Assembly (NCBI RefSeq): GCF_004010195.1
Contig: NC_057714.1
Coordinates: forward strand, 15,304,738 to 15,368,737
Direction: 5' to 3'
From: Chiloscyllium plagiosum
Lineage: Eukaryota
DNA: 64,000 bases
The number at the start of each line of letters is the position of its first letter. The first letter of the stretch is position 1. The notes under the pieces were generated by a model. That model was given only the letters and a program-made list of their open reading frames with translations, was not told the origin of the DNA and did no database searches. Shown here piece after piece: positions 37,540-50,100 of this stretch. Made by a program: the position numbers and the translations under genes.

Positions 37540-39250
37540 AGAGATGACAAAAGGAGCAGTAGGGCAGACAGAAGACTTTAGTTCACAGGCATGTGCAGGA
37601 GTGCTGGCATGCTGCATCGGGTTGACAGGCAGAGAAACTATTCAGTTCTGTGAGAGGGCCTTCAAAGACCAATTTCTGAAGGAAATGGTAGCCAACAGCC
37701 AAGGTGGCCAATTTCCAGATGCCCCATGGATCTGATAGCAGTATCAGAAGTGGTTTAATGACCTCTCACAGATAGTTAAGGTCAGTGAATGCATCTTGAA
37801 AAGGATATCTTCCACACAGCACATAATTAAATTCATACCAGTCAATGTATCAGATTCCAGTCACTCATATAGCAGCAGTCCATAGCACTGAAGACTCAAA
37901 GTAGTAATCAGATACACAACTGCAACCTTTGACATGAAATGAAATTTCTAACCTCATACTCATCTCCTGCTGTTTCTGTACAGCTCCAGCTATTCAGTTG
38001 CAATGGCAACATCAGCTGAACATAATCTTTGGTGTAAAGAATGAGCACTGGGCATGAAACATTGGCCCTGAATTCTTTCCACAGACGCTGCCAGACTTGT
38101 TGAGATCTTTCAGCAATTTCTGTCTTTGTTTCACAATCATTATTGTTCAGACCACAATAGAATGGAGAAAAGCTGACGTGGCAGCTAATAGCCACATCTT
38201 TATCTCCTGATCCTGACAGAGATGGTGGTGGTGCACAACACTGAGATGGCTGTGATAGAATCCAAAGCTTTTGATGTCACCGAGAGCAATGAGTATAATA
38301 GCATGTTATTGTCTTATCAACTCTCACCTCGTGTTCCTATGTGGAATGCTCTGCAGGCTAGAGGTGGTATTGCTACTGATGTTTTGTTTTACAATCCATC
38401 ATCTCCCAACTCATCACATAGCTACGTTCCTGATTTGGTGCTTTCATTAATCTAAGAAGTTCCATTAGTCCAGCCACAATGGCTCTCGACTGATTGCAAC
38501 AATCATTCCTCTACCACTAATGAAGACACACCATTACTGACAAACCAGCAGCTCAGATAGTGCTACTGTATGTATGTGGGAAACAAGCATAACGTTGGGA
38601 TCAGCACTTGCAGAGTCACTGTGGATGGTTGGTTTGTAACCAGAGAGGTTAGCTAATAGCTAGCATGCCATGTCAACAGAGATACGTTCTAATGCAAGAG
38701 TCTCAGATGAGGACTGCAATGGATGACACATGAAAACAATGGATGTTCACACTGAGGTGTTGGGTGTATAGGCAGGCCTGCCAGGCAGTCTCCCGTTACT
38801 GCAGCAGAGTCCAGATTCATTGTGACAGAGGATCCCATGTAAAACTTGAACCCATGCTTTCCATCAAGGAAGTAATAGGTGACTCCATCATAGTGTGAGT
38901 AGTGCCAGGCATGACGCAGCATCAGGTGGTCTTTGCCTCAGCTTCCAATATCCGAAGTCTCTGCATTGCTGTGTGAAGTCAGATATGGTCAAGAGATCTA
39001 TTTTCACGCCTATTCAGTCTCACAGACTGTTAGTATCATGGCTGCATATCATAGAACCCAAAGGGACATATGGAGTCTCACATCAGTCCAGAAGACAAGT
39101 GAGTTAGTGAAATGCCATCCCACAGGAGCGGTCGCAGCTCTGTGGTGAATATCGGCATAGCAGTATTTGTTCTCTACCACCGCCACTCTGCCAGTGCCCA
39201 TAGGTATGTGGCTCACCCAAGACCCTTGGCGATGGGACTAATATAGTGGT
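37540..39250 (+). pseudogene. Third Harbinger Myb/SANT-like gene relic (within a larger degenerate element, about 37260-41220)
   Basis: APWI**QYQKWFNDLSQIVK|GTCAGT at 37721-37786 (cf. APRTW.QCRKKFNDLTRVVK + donor). CAGCTCAGATAGTG and MDVHTEVLG...GLPGSL downstream. Nested pLTR relic at 38053-38135. Confidence 0.7.
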
Positions 39251-39604
39251 TCCCCCTTCAGCCAGCTCTGGCCTTTTGTGCCATCATTGCAGATAACTTC
39301 ATCATTATGAAGTCCAATTTACAGCCACCAACAGCATGTTGACCAGCATCACCTCTGACCAGCATCTGATTCAGAATACAAATGAAACGAGTGATGTAAT
39401 GACTGCAAATCCAATGCAGCTTTGCAAACAGCTGATTCATGATTTTTCATCAGTGCACTGTCAAGGCATCGGTCAAATGTGGATTATATGCTTTTAACAG
39501 ATACTTGCTCCAGCTTTCTAGCAGCATTTCACATCTACAGAAAGGGATGCGATGTCTGGCAAAGCAGATTGCTCTGGACATCATCAACACTGTGCTCTGC
39601 TCAG

Positions 39605-39890
39605 TTTCCAGTTTCCTATACAGTTCTATACAGGCTGAACCAAAGTCTTACACAGTTCCAGCATAACTTCCCTGCTCCTAAACCTTGCCAGCTAATAAAG
39701 GCAAACATTGCATGTGCCTTCTTAATCACTCTATCAACCTGTCCCATTACCTTAAGGGACCAAGGTACATGCACAGCAAGGTCCCTCTGATCCTCAGTGT
39801 TTCTCAGGGTCTTACCGTTCAAAAGGCATTCCCTTATCTTGTTTGTCCTGCCCAAGAGCATCACCTCACACTAATGTGGATTAATCCACA
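39605..39890 (-). mobile_element. CR1 fragment
   Basis: ORF 39616-39864: LNGKTLRNTEDQRDLAVHV..KKAHAMFAFI. Confidence 0.8.
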
Positions 39891-42800
39891 TTGCAGCCAT
39901 TCATCTTGACCTCTCACCATCTATATCCCCACTGCATGTGCCTCTGCTTCCCAACCAGCCTGGACTTCCCATCCTTAATGTCATTCATCCCCCGTTTATT
40001 CCCCTACTCGCCTCCCCATTTGAACCCTTCTAAAACAATGATGGATGGACACCCAGGCCTGCATTCAACCCAGAATGCTGACTGACTTTGACAAACTGCT
40101 CCTCGACATGTCTGACCTCTGTCTGCTGTGTTTGCAGCTCCGCAAATAATGAAACATGATTCTCCTGACTGCTTGTTCTGGCCTTATGGCACTGACCACT
40201 GAATGTTTCCTGGACTGCACTGGACCCTTAAACTCTGTGCTCCTGACTAATGTCACCAGTACCCCCCCTCAACTGACTGTAGCTCCTTTTGTTAGTACCA
40301 AGGACAGAGCCCCCCCCCGCCACCCTCCAGATTCTAACATAGCCATTTAGTTGAATGAATGCTTAGTGTGTTTGCTGCGGACACAGTTAGCACATGCTGT
40401 AGGTGTTAGATTGCCATATTGCTTTATCTTTCACTGCAATGTTTCCCCAATCTAAGACTGTTCAGTACTGACAAGCATTATCAACAGTTTTGTATGTGTT
40501 TGCACTAAACAATACCTTAAAACAACAGCAGCAAAAGCCTTTGGCTCTAGTTGAAGCACCAACATGTTAACAGGCATGACACTGCATGGCAATGTTCGAC
40601 ATGAATGGTGAGAGCGTGCTAGTCGGTGCAAAATGACTGAGTTCTCAGAGAGCAAGTGTGCAGCCCTGAAATATGGCTTGGTCTAATCACTGAGCTTAAT
40701 GTTTGGTCCCTCAAGTACAGTGTCCTTGCAGCTGCCTTCTAAATGCTAGTTGTGACTGTGCATGCAATACCAGCCTGTGCATCATAAAGGTCTGCCTTGC
40801 CATTTATCAGGGACCATGATAGTTGGTAGATGTTAAATGTCATTGCCCATACATGAAGAGTGCATGAATCATGTCCTGACTTGGAAGTTGCTTAGGGCAA
40901 GTGGCAAACTGAATCTGCCAGATCTACCCTCTGACTCCCTTATCAACTTTCCCAACATCTAACTTGTTTGATGTGTTTTGATAGTTGAGAGTCTGAATAT
41001 TAATGTGGTGAGTTGTGACATTAACAGGACTATGAACAAGTGTAACTCCACATCAATTAGTGCTTACCACTGCCTAGTGAGAATCTTGCCACCCTGCCTT
41101 TGTGGGAAGCATACAAGATGGAGCAAGACAATATCAACATCAAGATGAGCATCATTGATCTCTTCACTCCATTCTGCCACAATCTCCTCGTAGCCCATGG
41201 GCAGAGTGGCCGTCTTCAATGTCGTCCATTTTTCTAAGTGTCCTAAATACCTGAAGGTGAGGAATATGCAGGAATGCAGGGAGAGGGCAGTGGAGTGATA
41301 GGACGTGAATTGTTCTTTAAGAGGGGCAGCACAGATACAATGAGTCAAATGGCCATCTATGTGGTAATGATTCTTTGATTCCTCATTCTCTTCCTCTCAA
41401 TGTGCTCTGGCGGCAATGAAGCACCCTGTTGATGGCACTGTTGCAGAGAATAGTGTAAATAATAATAAAGTTAAAGTCATACTTTGGCCTATAATGGAGG
41501 GCTGTCCCAGGCATTCAGGCACTGGACACTAATAATCTGATCTATCTTGTTCTTGGTGACTTCATGGCTCGCATTACCTGAATATTATTAGCATTCACTG
41601 CCAATCCTCACTTAAATCTGAACTCTTTCCACTTAACACCTATTTGGGCCTGAATTCATAAAATTGCCCCAGTGCAAGTCCACTCATTCGAGTTTGATTG
41701 TTGAGTTCCTTGTGTTTTCACATGTCAACATGTACTGTCAAGGTTATTACCACACCAGGGCTGCTGCATTCTCTGAAATCCCATCCTCTAATGTGACAAT
41801 ATGGTGTCAAAAAGGAACAGAAGAAACACAGTGCAAACGTAAAATCAATAAGTTTACACGCAGACAAATAATTGTGCTGCCGCAGAGAATTTCAGATATT
41901 GGAGAAAAGCATGACAATTAGTGAAAGATTTCCGTTCAGTGTGAGCAAAAGCCAAAGGATAGTTGCAAAAATGGAGGAAGCCTAGCACGCGGCCACAATT
42001 GGAAGAAGAGCTTACAAAGTGCATCATTTAAAAAGGATGCGCAGTTTCTTTAAGATCTATCCAAATCTCCACCATGGATCAAGGAAAACAATTAGATCAT
42101 GCAGATTTCAAAGTCAACCCTGGATGATGTACCAGGTTTATGATGAGAAACAATTCAGTATTGTGACAAAGATTTGAGGTTATTATTTTCTAAATAAAAA
42201 TACAATAATAAACAAACATTGTAGCGCCTTTTCTGCTAGTTTTGAGGGCAGGGCTGGCAGTGGCAGTCTCTAACCTGTCAATTCTGCAATCATGTTCTGT
42301 CCCACCATTAACATTTTGGAAGTGAGACAGTGAGGTAGATTCAACTCCTCAAATATTACTCCTTTATAAGTCAATCTTTTTAGGCTGAATTTGATCTCAG
42401 AAATTCAACGTTTACCTCATATATATGGCATATGTCCTGTTTTCATCAACTACGCATTGCCCTTGCAGTTCCTTTATCTCTTCCTTTAGACGTGATCCCA
42501 TCTGTCAGGAGCTCTCTGCACCACTTAGAATCCCCACTATGCTTGCAAATCCATGAGCCTTGATTTCTCAGGGAGTATTGTGTAAAGGCGTTAAGACCTT
42601 GGAGCAACCTTGCAAAGATGTCACAGAGCTCCCTGCTATTGGGCATAAGTAAGATATTGTGGGCAATATTTTGGGGGAACAGAATTGAATAGAAAATGAA
42701 GGAGAACGGAACAAAATAAGTAAGGTAACAAGACAGAATCACAGATAGAGAATAGTTTTAGCAACAGTACAGTAAGGTTAGACACTGGTATATCTCAGAG

Positions 42801-43479
42801 GGTCTTGGAAAGTAATGGTTGTTAGTGCCTCCAGTGGACATCATTATTCTCTTCTTTTGCAGAACTCGACCTCTCCGAAACCTGTACTAAATTTGTTGAT
42901 CAGACTCAACAGTCCCATATTCATTCCTTTTGTAGTTTTCTCTGTCCTTCCTGAATGGATGCAAAAACCCAGCATCAAAACTCAAAAGATGTGCCATAGT
43001 ATAACCACAAAATTTTCCATACCTGAAGTAAATCAAAAGCATCTCACCTGCAAGTTAGTTGCCTGGCCCTTTAAAACCACAATGATGGCTCCTGGCCTAG
43101 CTGGAAGTGATCAATACAAGCTTTCAGTGGGACTGCACAGAGTAAATTTGAAAGACATGCAGTAAATCAGCTGCAATGGTTGATTTATGTCACTAATCAA
43201 ACTCCAGTGATGTTTCCAATACACACATGGCAGACCTGCACCTGCCAGTCCATGTCCCTGTACAAGATCTGCTAAAGGTGAACCGCAATGCAGCTGGTCC
43301 CACTTTATTCCTTTGTAAAATCCGAAGCACCAGCATCAATAGTATAGTGGAGCCCACTTTCATTTGTACAGGGCACAAAGAAACTATTTGACCTGCTTTG
43401 CCTGCAGTAATTCTTTGAAAATTCTTATCAGGTCAGCCACAAGCCTCAGCATTTTCCCAATAACTCATGCAAATAAGAA

Positions 43480-44090
43480 ATAAATACTCTTCAAGCATTT
43501 TGCCTTTTAAAATTTCCAGTGGATCTACTTCTATCATCCTTTTGTGTGTTCCTGTTTTTAACAAAACTGTATAAAAAAATTTCTTTAATTTCCCCTCTAA
43601 TTCCTTTGCCAAATACTATAAATCTGAGAGCTCTGGTAACAGAACCACTTGCCATAGGAAACAACGTTATCATAATTGTTCCATTTCTCATAACCTTTCA
43701 TAATTTTGACTACTCCTTTAGGTCTCCCATTAACATTCTCTTTTGTCATGCAAAAGCTTCCAGCTTTTCCAATCTCTCCACATAACTGACGTGCTTCATT
43801 CATAGTATCATGAACCCCACTTCCCTGCATTTGGACTTAATTATGTAATTTTTAAAGGCAGTTGTCCTATTTAATAGCTAAATACTTCCAATACTTGTTC
43901 TGTCAAATTACTGTCTGCAGCTGCATCCCAAACCTGCAAAGAAGTACAATTTAAATTGTGACCCAAAGTGAATACTTCACATTCATCAGCCGTGTGGCTA
44001 TCCATGTCACCACTTTATTGCTGCTTGAAAGTTGTGACTGCACTCCTCATTATCGACTACAATCACAGGTTTTGTATTATCCACAATAAT
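43480..44090 (-). mobile_element. Old CR1 fragments
   Basis: VKIMKGYE...SVTRALRF on the - strand. Confidence 0.6.
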
Positions 44091-44129
44091 AACAAGCAAA
44101 GTCAACTTCATAGTTGGCATTGCAATCTC

Positions 44130-44258
44130 CTCTGATGAAGGGCTTATGACCGGAACATCAATTCTCCTGCACCTCGGATGCCGCCTGATCTGCTGTGCTT
44201 TTCCAGCACCACACTCTCAACTCTGATCTCCAGCATTTGCAGTCCTCACTTTCTTCTC
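44130..44258 (+). mobile_element. Solo Penelope pLTR with decayed hammerhead
   Basis: CTGATGAAGGGCTTATGACCGGAACATC...CAGTCCTCACTTTC. Confidence 0.85.
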
Positions 44259-44808
44259 TGGTATAACCCCAAAGTTTAGTATTTAAATTAAGCCAACTTT
44301 GAGGACCAAGCCAGTGTTGATATCCTCCAGTCAATACTGCCATTGTGTGGCTAATAATTCATTTATGAAATAACATATTTTTTGGTTGTCATGTTAATGG
44401 ACTTGACTCGAACAGAATCTTGTTTTTCTTTGTTGAAATACAAAATCTCTTATTGACAAGGTAATATTTATTATGTGATGTTGATCAAGCTACCTCAAAA
44501 AATATTCACAGTTTAGTTCAATATTTTCTGTTGAACACCTCTCACCATCCTCCCTGATTGTCATTTATTATTTCTGATGCTCCCTCCCTCTTGATATGCT
44601 ATTTCAATTTTTGGGGTTTCATATTATTACGGATCATTATGAACCACCTGAGACCAGTTTGCAGACCATTCTCGCTTTAAAATAAAGGAATATCCGGGGA
44701 ATACTTTTTTATTCAAAATATTCCACCAATCCTCACTGGATGAACAAACCAATAGCACTCAATGCCATATTTCATGCACAGGAATGCATTGTTACTTGAC
44801 AAAATGTA

Positions 44809-45087
44809 GGTTAAAAACAAGAACTGCAGATGCTGGAAACCTGAGTCCAGATTAGAGTGATGCTGCAAAAGCACAGCAGGTCAGGCAGCATCCGAGGAGC
44901 AGGAAAATCGACGTTTCGGGCATAAGCCCTTCATCAGGAATGGAGGCAGGGTGCCTGCAGAGATCTCTCCACCTTGCTGGCACTCTGCTTCTATTCCTGA
45001 TGAAGGGCTTTTTCCCGAAATGTTGATTTTCCTGCTCCTCAGATGCTGCCTGACCTGCTGTATTTTTCCAGCACCACTCTGATCTAG
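44809..45087. mobile_element. Palindromic Penelope-pLTR mini-element, copy 5 (longest arms)
   Basis: Exact 15-bp TSD ACTTGACAAAATGTA (44794-44808 and 45088-45102); ~115-bp inverted arms. Confidence 0.9.
44905..44941 (-). ncRNA. Intact minimal hammerhead ribozyme motif
   Basis: Minus strand reads CCTGATGA-A-GGGC(TTAT)GCCC-GAAA-C-GTC-GA. Confidence 0.82.
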
Positions 45088-45834
45088 ACTTGACAAAATG
45101 TACTGTGTACTGTGTACTGTGTACAAAATGTACTGATCTAGACTTGACAAAATTAACCATTAAAAAGTATAAATCAATTTGTTGGAGTGAAGATCATTGT
45201 TGAATAAAGCAAATATTGTCACTGGCATTTACACTATAAAAAATGAGGATAAAAATATTCCTTGTATTTTTTTTAAAAGTCATTAAATTTCAAACACTGC
45301 CATTTCAGCATTCCTTCTTTGCAGCTTGTCCAAGTTTTCAAATTGCTACTTGACTTTAAAGTGAATTGCAATGACCAAAACCAATATTGGAACCATGAAA
45401 TTATCCAACTACTTCAGTAGTCATGATCTTCCTTATAAAATTGTTAAAAACCCTTAGATCTCACGCAAATAATATCTTACTGAAGAGTTTGAACACCTGC
45501 AAAATTTTGCTCCACAGTTAGCTCAAATATGACATGGAAGGTCTATACGGTTTCCTATCTCTCTCAAGTATGATACGTCGAAGGTTACTCTTTTAGCTGT
45601 GACTCACCTCGTAAACTGAGGTTTTGTTGTTCCAAAGGAAGAAGGAGATGCAGTTTAAAATCCTCACATGACCATTTTACCTCCCCATTTGGTCCTAATA
45701 TTACTCCATCATGAATGAGGGTCTTAAGCACAATACACTTCTTCAGAACTGACAATGCTGCAACATAAAACCAAAGACACACTGCCATGTTGATTGGAAT
45801 TTCGAAGAATGAGAGATAACCTTGTTGGACCACA

Positions 45835-46135
45835 GAAGATTCTTAGGATCATGACAAGGTAGATGTAGAGAGATTACTTTTCGTTATAGGAGAGTATAGG
45901 AGCGCAGGGCTTAATCTCAGAATAGGGATTAAGAAATACTTTCTTCCCTCAGGGAATAGTGAATCTGTCGAATTCTTTATCTCAGAGGACTGTGAAGGCT
46001 GGGTCCAAATACTCAAGACAGCTTTTTAATCTGTAAGGGAATCAAAGGTAATGGGAAAAGGTGGGAAAGTGAACTTGAGGATTATCAGATCAGTCATAAT
46101 CTCATAGAATGGCAGAGCAAGCTTGATGGGCTGAA
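45835..46135 (+). mobile_element. CR1 3' fragment
   Basis: GTGAATCTGTCGAATTCTTTATCTCAGAGG...GATGGGCTGAATG. Confidence 0.7.
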
Positions 46136-46139
46136 TGTG

Positions 46140-46620
46140 GGTTGAAAAGTGTGGCGTTGGAAAAGCACAGCTGGTCAGGTAGCATCCGAGGAAAAGGAGA
46201 GTCGACATTTCGAGCATAAGTTCTTCATCAGGAATGGGGAGGTGGCCCAAAGGTGCTGAGAGATAAATGCGAGGGGTGTGGAGCTAGGGAGAAGGTACCT
46301 GGGAATGCAATAGGGAGATGGAGATGAGGATGATGGTGGTAGGTTGGAAAGGAGGGTGGAGCAGATAGGTGGGAAGGAAGATGGACAGATAGGACAGTTA
46401 AAAAGGGCGGTGCCGAGTTGGAAGGTTGGCTCTAGGATAAGTGGGAGAAGGGGAAATGAAGAAACTGGTGAAATCTACATTGATCCTGTGTGGTTGGAGA
46501 GTCCCAAGGCGGAAGATGAGGTGTTCTTTCTCCAGGCATCAGGTGGCTAGAGTTTGGTGGTGGTGGAGCAGGCCCAGGACTTGCATGTCCTTGGTGGAGT
46601 GGAAGGGGGAGTTAGAATGT
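46140..46620 (-). mobile_element. Penelope-like element 3' end (GIY-YIG C-terminus + pLTR)
   Basis: Reverse of SPFHSTKDMQVLGLL...LEKEHLIFRLGTLQPHRINVDF; pLTR with decayed hammerhead at 46200-46232. Confidence 0.87.
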
Positions 46621-47495
46621 AGACTACCTTGACGGCAACATTACAATGATGGATGCCAGTATATTCTGACGTGTACCACTGAAGTTCAGAAGCATTCTGC
46701 AAATGGATCAGAGGCTTGTGCACGTCAGATGTCAATGTCTGTGGGCATGAGGTGCATGTGGCCAGTGCCCATGGAGCTTACCCTAAGATGTTGGTGCCCC
46801 GTGTTTGGAGCAAGTAGAGAGCTAAATCCACAGTTGCTCACTCTGATTTCCAAGTGAAGTCTTCTTGACATTTACTTTGTATGACAAATTTGTTCAGATA
46901 GGAAACAGATTATTAATGAGGCAAGTTGGTCCATTAACAAGGCAGTTGATCAGTTATTTGCAACTTATTGCTTTCTAACAAAAAACTCACAACTGGTCAA
47001 AAGCATGAAAAATGGAACAAGATTCTCCCAATGTTGAGATGGGCTTCGCCACATCTGTCTTCCAGCTCTACCACAAATCCTGCCATAGCTCATCACATCA
47101 ACTCCTATAAGATTCTGCCCTACGTCTTAAAAACGTTTCATTGGTTGCAAAACATTCTTGGAGAAAATGAGGCCATAAAAATTGTTTAAATCTAGGTCTT
47201 TCCTTCTGTAAAATAAAAGTATCATGATTTGTGATTGAAAGCATACGTACAAGATTTCCGATCCATTAGCAGCTATTTAACATCAAATATGCACATGTAA
47301 GTTTCCAACTGAGTTAAGATCCTTGAAATGCCACAATATGAATTATCTTAGTTTAGGCAAGATCTCAATATGATAGATTCAACTTCAGTTTAAATACAGT
47401 AGAAGTATTGTTATCAGGGATTCGTCACATCATCCATGCATATTTTGAAGCATCATATTTAACCTTGTTCCTTTTTGAGCCAACTAATGCAGGTA

Positions 47496-47671
47496 CAGAG
47501 GAACCTCAATTATGTGAACTGCAGGGGCGGGGATTATTTTGTTCAGATAATCGAATTTTCAGATATTCAAATGCCACACAACACAGTTTAGCCAAGCATT
47601 GGGACCTTGCAATCTTTATCGAATAATCGAAAATTTGGATAATCATTGCTCAGATAATCAAGGTTCTTCTG
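47496..47671. mobile_element. Tigger/pogo-like MITE (Tc1-mariner)
   Basis: TIRs CAGAGGAACCTCAATTAT / ATAATCAAGGTTCTTCTG, flanked by TA on both sides. Confidence 0.85.
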
Positions 47672-48074
47672 TAGTTTTGACTCTGGTGCTAATATTCTTC
47701 TGCAGCACACATTTTGAAAGCCATTTGATGATGTCTACTGTGGAAGCTAAGCGAATAGATTTAATATCAAATGATATATCAATTTTATATTAATCTTACG
47801 TAAGACAGTCTGCTTCATCAAAGGGTGTGTCACATTTCAGCTTATTTCTTGAGTCTCTGTTGTAGGCTGTATATAGAAACTGCATTGTCTTATTAGTTTT
47901 AAACTAAATTTTGATTCCTTTCTGATTAAATATCTTGTGAGTTCCACTTCTGCTTAGGCACTGTTTGGTAAAGCTTTAGTTGTCCCCATCTGCTTTGACA
48001 ACAGAGGGATGTAAGGTGACAAAAAAGATTTTACTATCACCTAATTAGCACACCTGCATGATTCCTTTAGAGTT

Positions 48075-48235
48075 ATAAAGTTATAGAGTCATCCAGAGAC
48101 AGACCCTTTGGTCGACCAATCTGTGCTGACCATAATCCCAAACTGAACTAGTCCCACTTGCCTGCACTTGACCCATATCCCTTCAAACATTTCTTATTTA
48201 TGTACTTATCTAAATGTCTTGTAAATGTTGTAACT
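48075..48235 (-). mobile_element. HER1 3' end
   Basis: ACAGACCCTTTGGTC...CTAGTCCCACTTGCC. Confidence 0.75.
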
Positions 48236-49371
48236 ATTTAGTGTTCCCTCTTAGTTATATTGGCTTCCCCGCTGTTAATTTTCTCCTATTTGAATTGATG
48301 CAGTCTATTTTATTCCCTTACATGCTAGAAAATGTATTCTGTCCAGATAGTTAACCCTTCTATTTCTAAACAAAAGAGAAAAGTATAGCCAAAGATATTT
48401 TGTTTCTTTTCTCTGAAGAAGGCACCTGCAATGGAATTTTAGCAAAGCTAGTGCAACTGCTACTCTTTGTGAGTAATTTATGCCGCTACTGCTCAGAGAT
48501 AGCCTTGTGTGAATTTGTAAAGCTAAGTCTTTTAAATTATTAAAGTAAACTCCAAGCATACATTGTCCAACCAGGAAATAATAACAATATTTACACGTGG
48601 CTTCTCATTTCGAAACAACTCCCAAGAATGTATAAGAGATATCAAATGAATGAACGGAAGGAAATCTTATTGGGATGGTGAAATAATGCACAATACAGGT
48701 GTTTTTGAGGAGTAACATGGGGAGAGTATAGGGAAATGGAGTGGTGCTCCAAATTAATGCGGAAATTCCAAAGAGTAGAAATCTACCTGGTTGAAGCATG
48801 GTTATCAATTGTGGCTAAAGGCAGGAGGATGGTACCCAAAGGTCAAAGGATTGGAGGGCAGATGCAGAGCTGGAGCAAATTATAGTAGTAGAACATGAGA
48901 AGAGTTCCTAAACTTTAACTAAAAAGATGCCATGAATTATAGACATGAATCAAAGGAAGGCAAATAATTCAATGTGTTAGTTTCTCCTTCCATGGTAATG
49001 GCCTTTGATAAAGTGGCATTTCTAAAGAAAATCAGCATGCTTTTAGATAAATCTTTTTAGTTGGAGGCAGAATAAATAGAGCAAAATTCCATGGAACAAA
49101 AGAGAGAAATCTAAGATAACTTACAATTGAAAATAAAATATTGAAACCAAATGAATGCCTTCGTGTCGAATGAGGATTAGTTCAATTTGGAACGTTCAAA
49201 TGCAGATATAAAGGACATTTGATCAGTTGGTTTGATTGGAGGAAGGCATTCTACATTAGGATCAGCACAATATGCAAAAAGACAGAATTGCTATACACCT
49301 GATGGGGGTTACCAATATAAAATTAACAAGTAATCAGCTGGCTCAATACACCCCACAGAAAGTTTACCATT

Positions 49372-49852
49372 TATAGAGTCATAGAGTCATAGAAATGTAC
49401 AGCATGGAAACAGACCCTTCGGTCCAACCCGTCCATGCCAACCAGATATCCCAACCCAATCTAGTCCCATCTGCCAGCACCTCACCCATATCCCTCCAAA
49501 CCCTTCCTATTCATATACCCATCCAAATGCCTCTTAAATGTTGCAGTTGTACCAGCCTCCACCACATCTTCTGGCAGTTCATTCCATACACGTACCACCC
49601 TCTGCATGAAAAGGTTGCCCCTTAAGTCCCTTTTATATCTTTCCCCTCTCACACTAAACATATGCCCTCTAGTTCTGGACTCCCCCATCCCAGGTAAAAG
49701 AATTTGTCTATTTATCCTATCCAATACCAAATGCCTTCTTCACTATCCTATCTACCTGCAACTCCACTTTCAAGGAGCTATGAACCTGCACTCCAAGGTC
49801 TCTTTGTTCAGCAACACTCCCTAGGACCTTACCATTAAGTGTATAAGTCCTT
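49372..49852 (-). mobile_element. HER1 LINE 3' fragment with internal deletion
   Basis: (CATAGAGT)n tail; ORF 49482-49730 GESRTRGH. Confidence 0.92.
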
Positions 49853-49854
49853 TG

Positions 49855-50100
49855 AACAAAAGTATTTGTTTTAACTGTATATCTTTAACTAATTGCAATG
49901 CTAATCATTTTAACTGTATGCCTTAGCTTATAACTTAAAAAATGAATCACTGTAAGGTAATGTAACTTTTTTCTTTTTTTCTTTCTCTTTTTTTTGTCTA
50001 AGATTTCTACCTAAGATGGCGCCATGAGGGACGACATTGTAAACTTTTCAATGTACTCCTGTACTTGAGTACACGTGACAATAAAACCTAATTCTAAAAT
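49855..50100 (+). mobile_element. Rex1/Babar-like LINE 3' UTR (tentative)
   Basis: Ends ...CTTTTCAATGTACTC..GAGTACACGTGACAATAAAACCTAATTCTAA, with hairpin GTACTC/GAGTAC. Confidence 0.5.

Noticed and set aside
39400-40350. Possible - strand HARBI1-like transposase partner of the third Myb relic
   Set aside because: Only weak hints (RCLDS, EWL); not supportable by eye.
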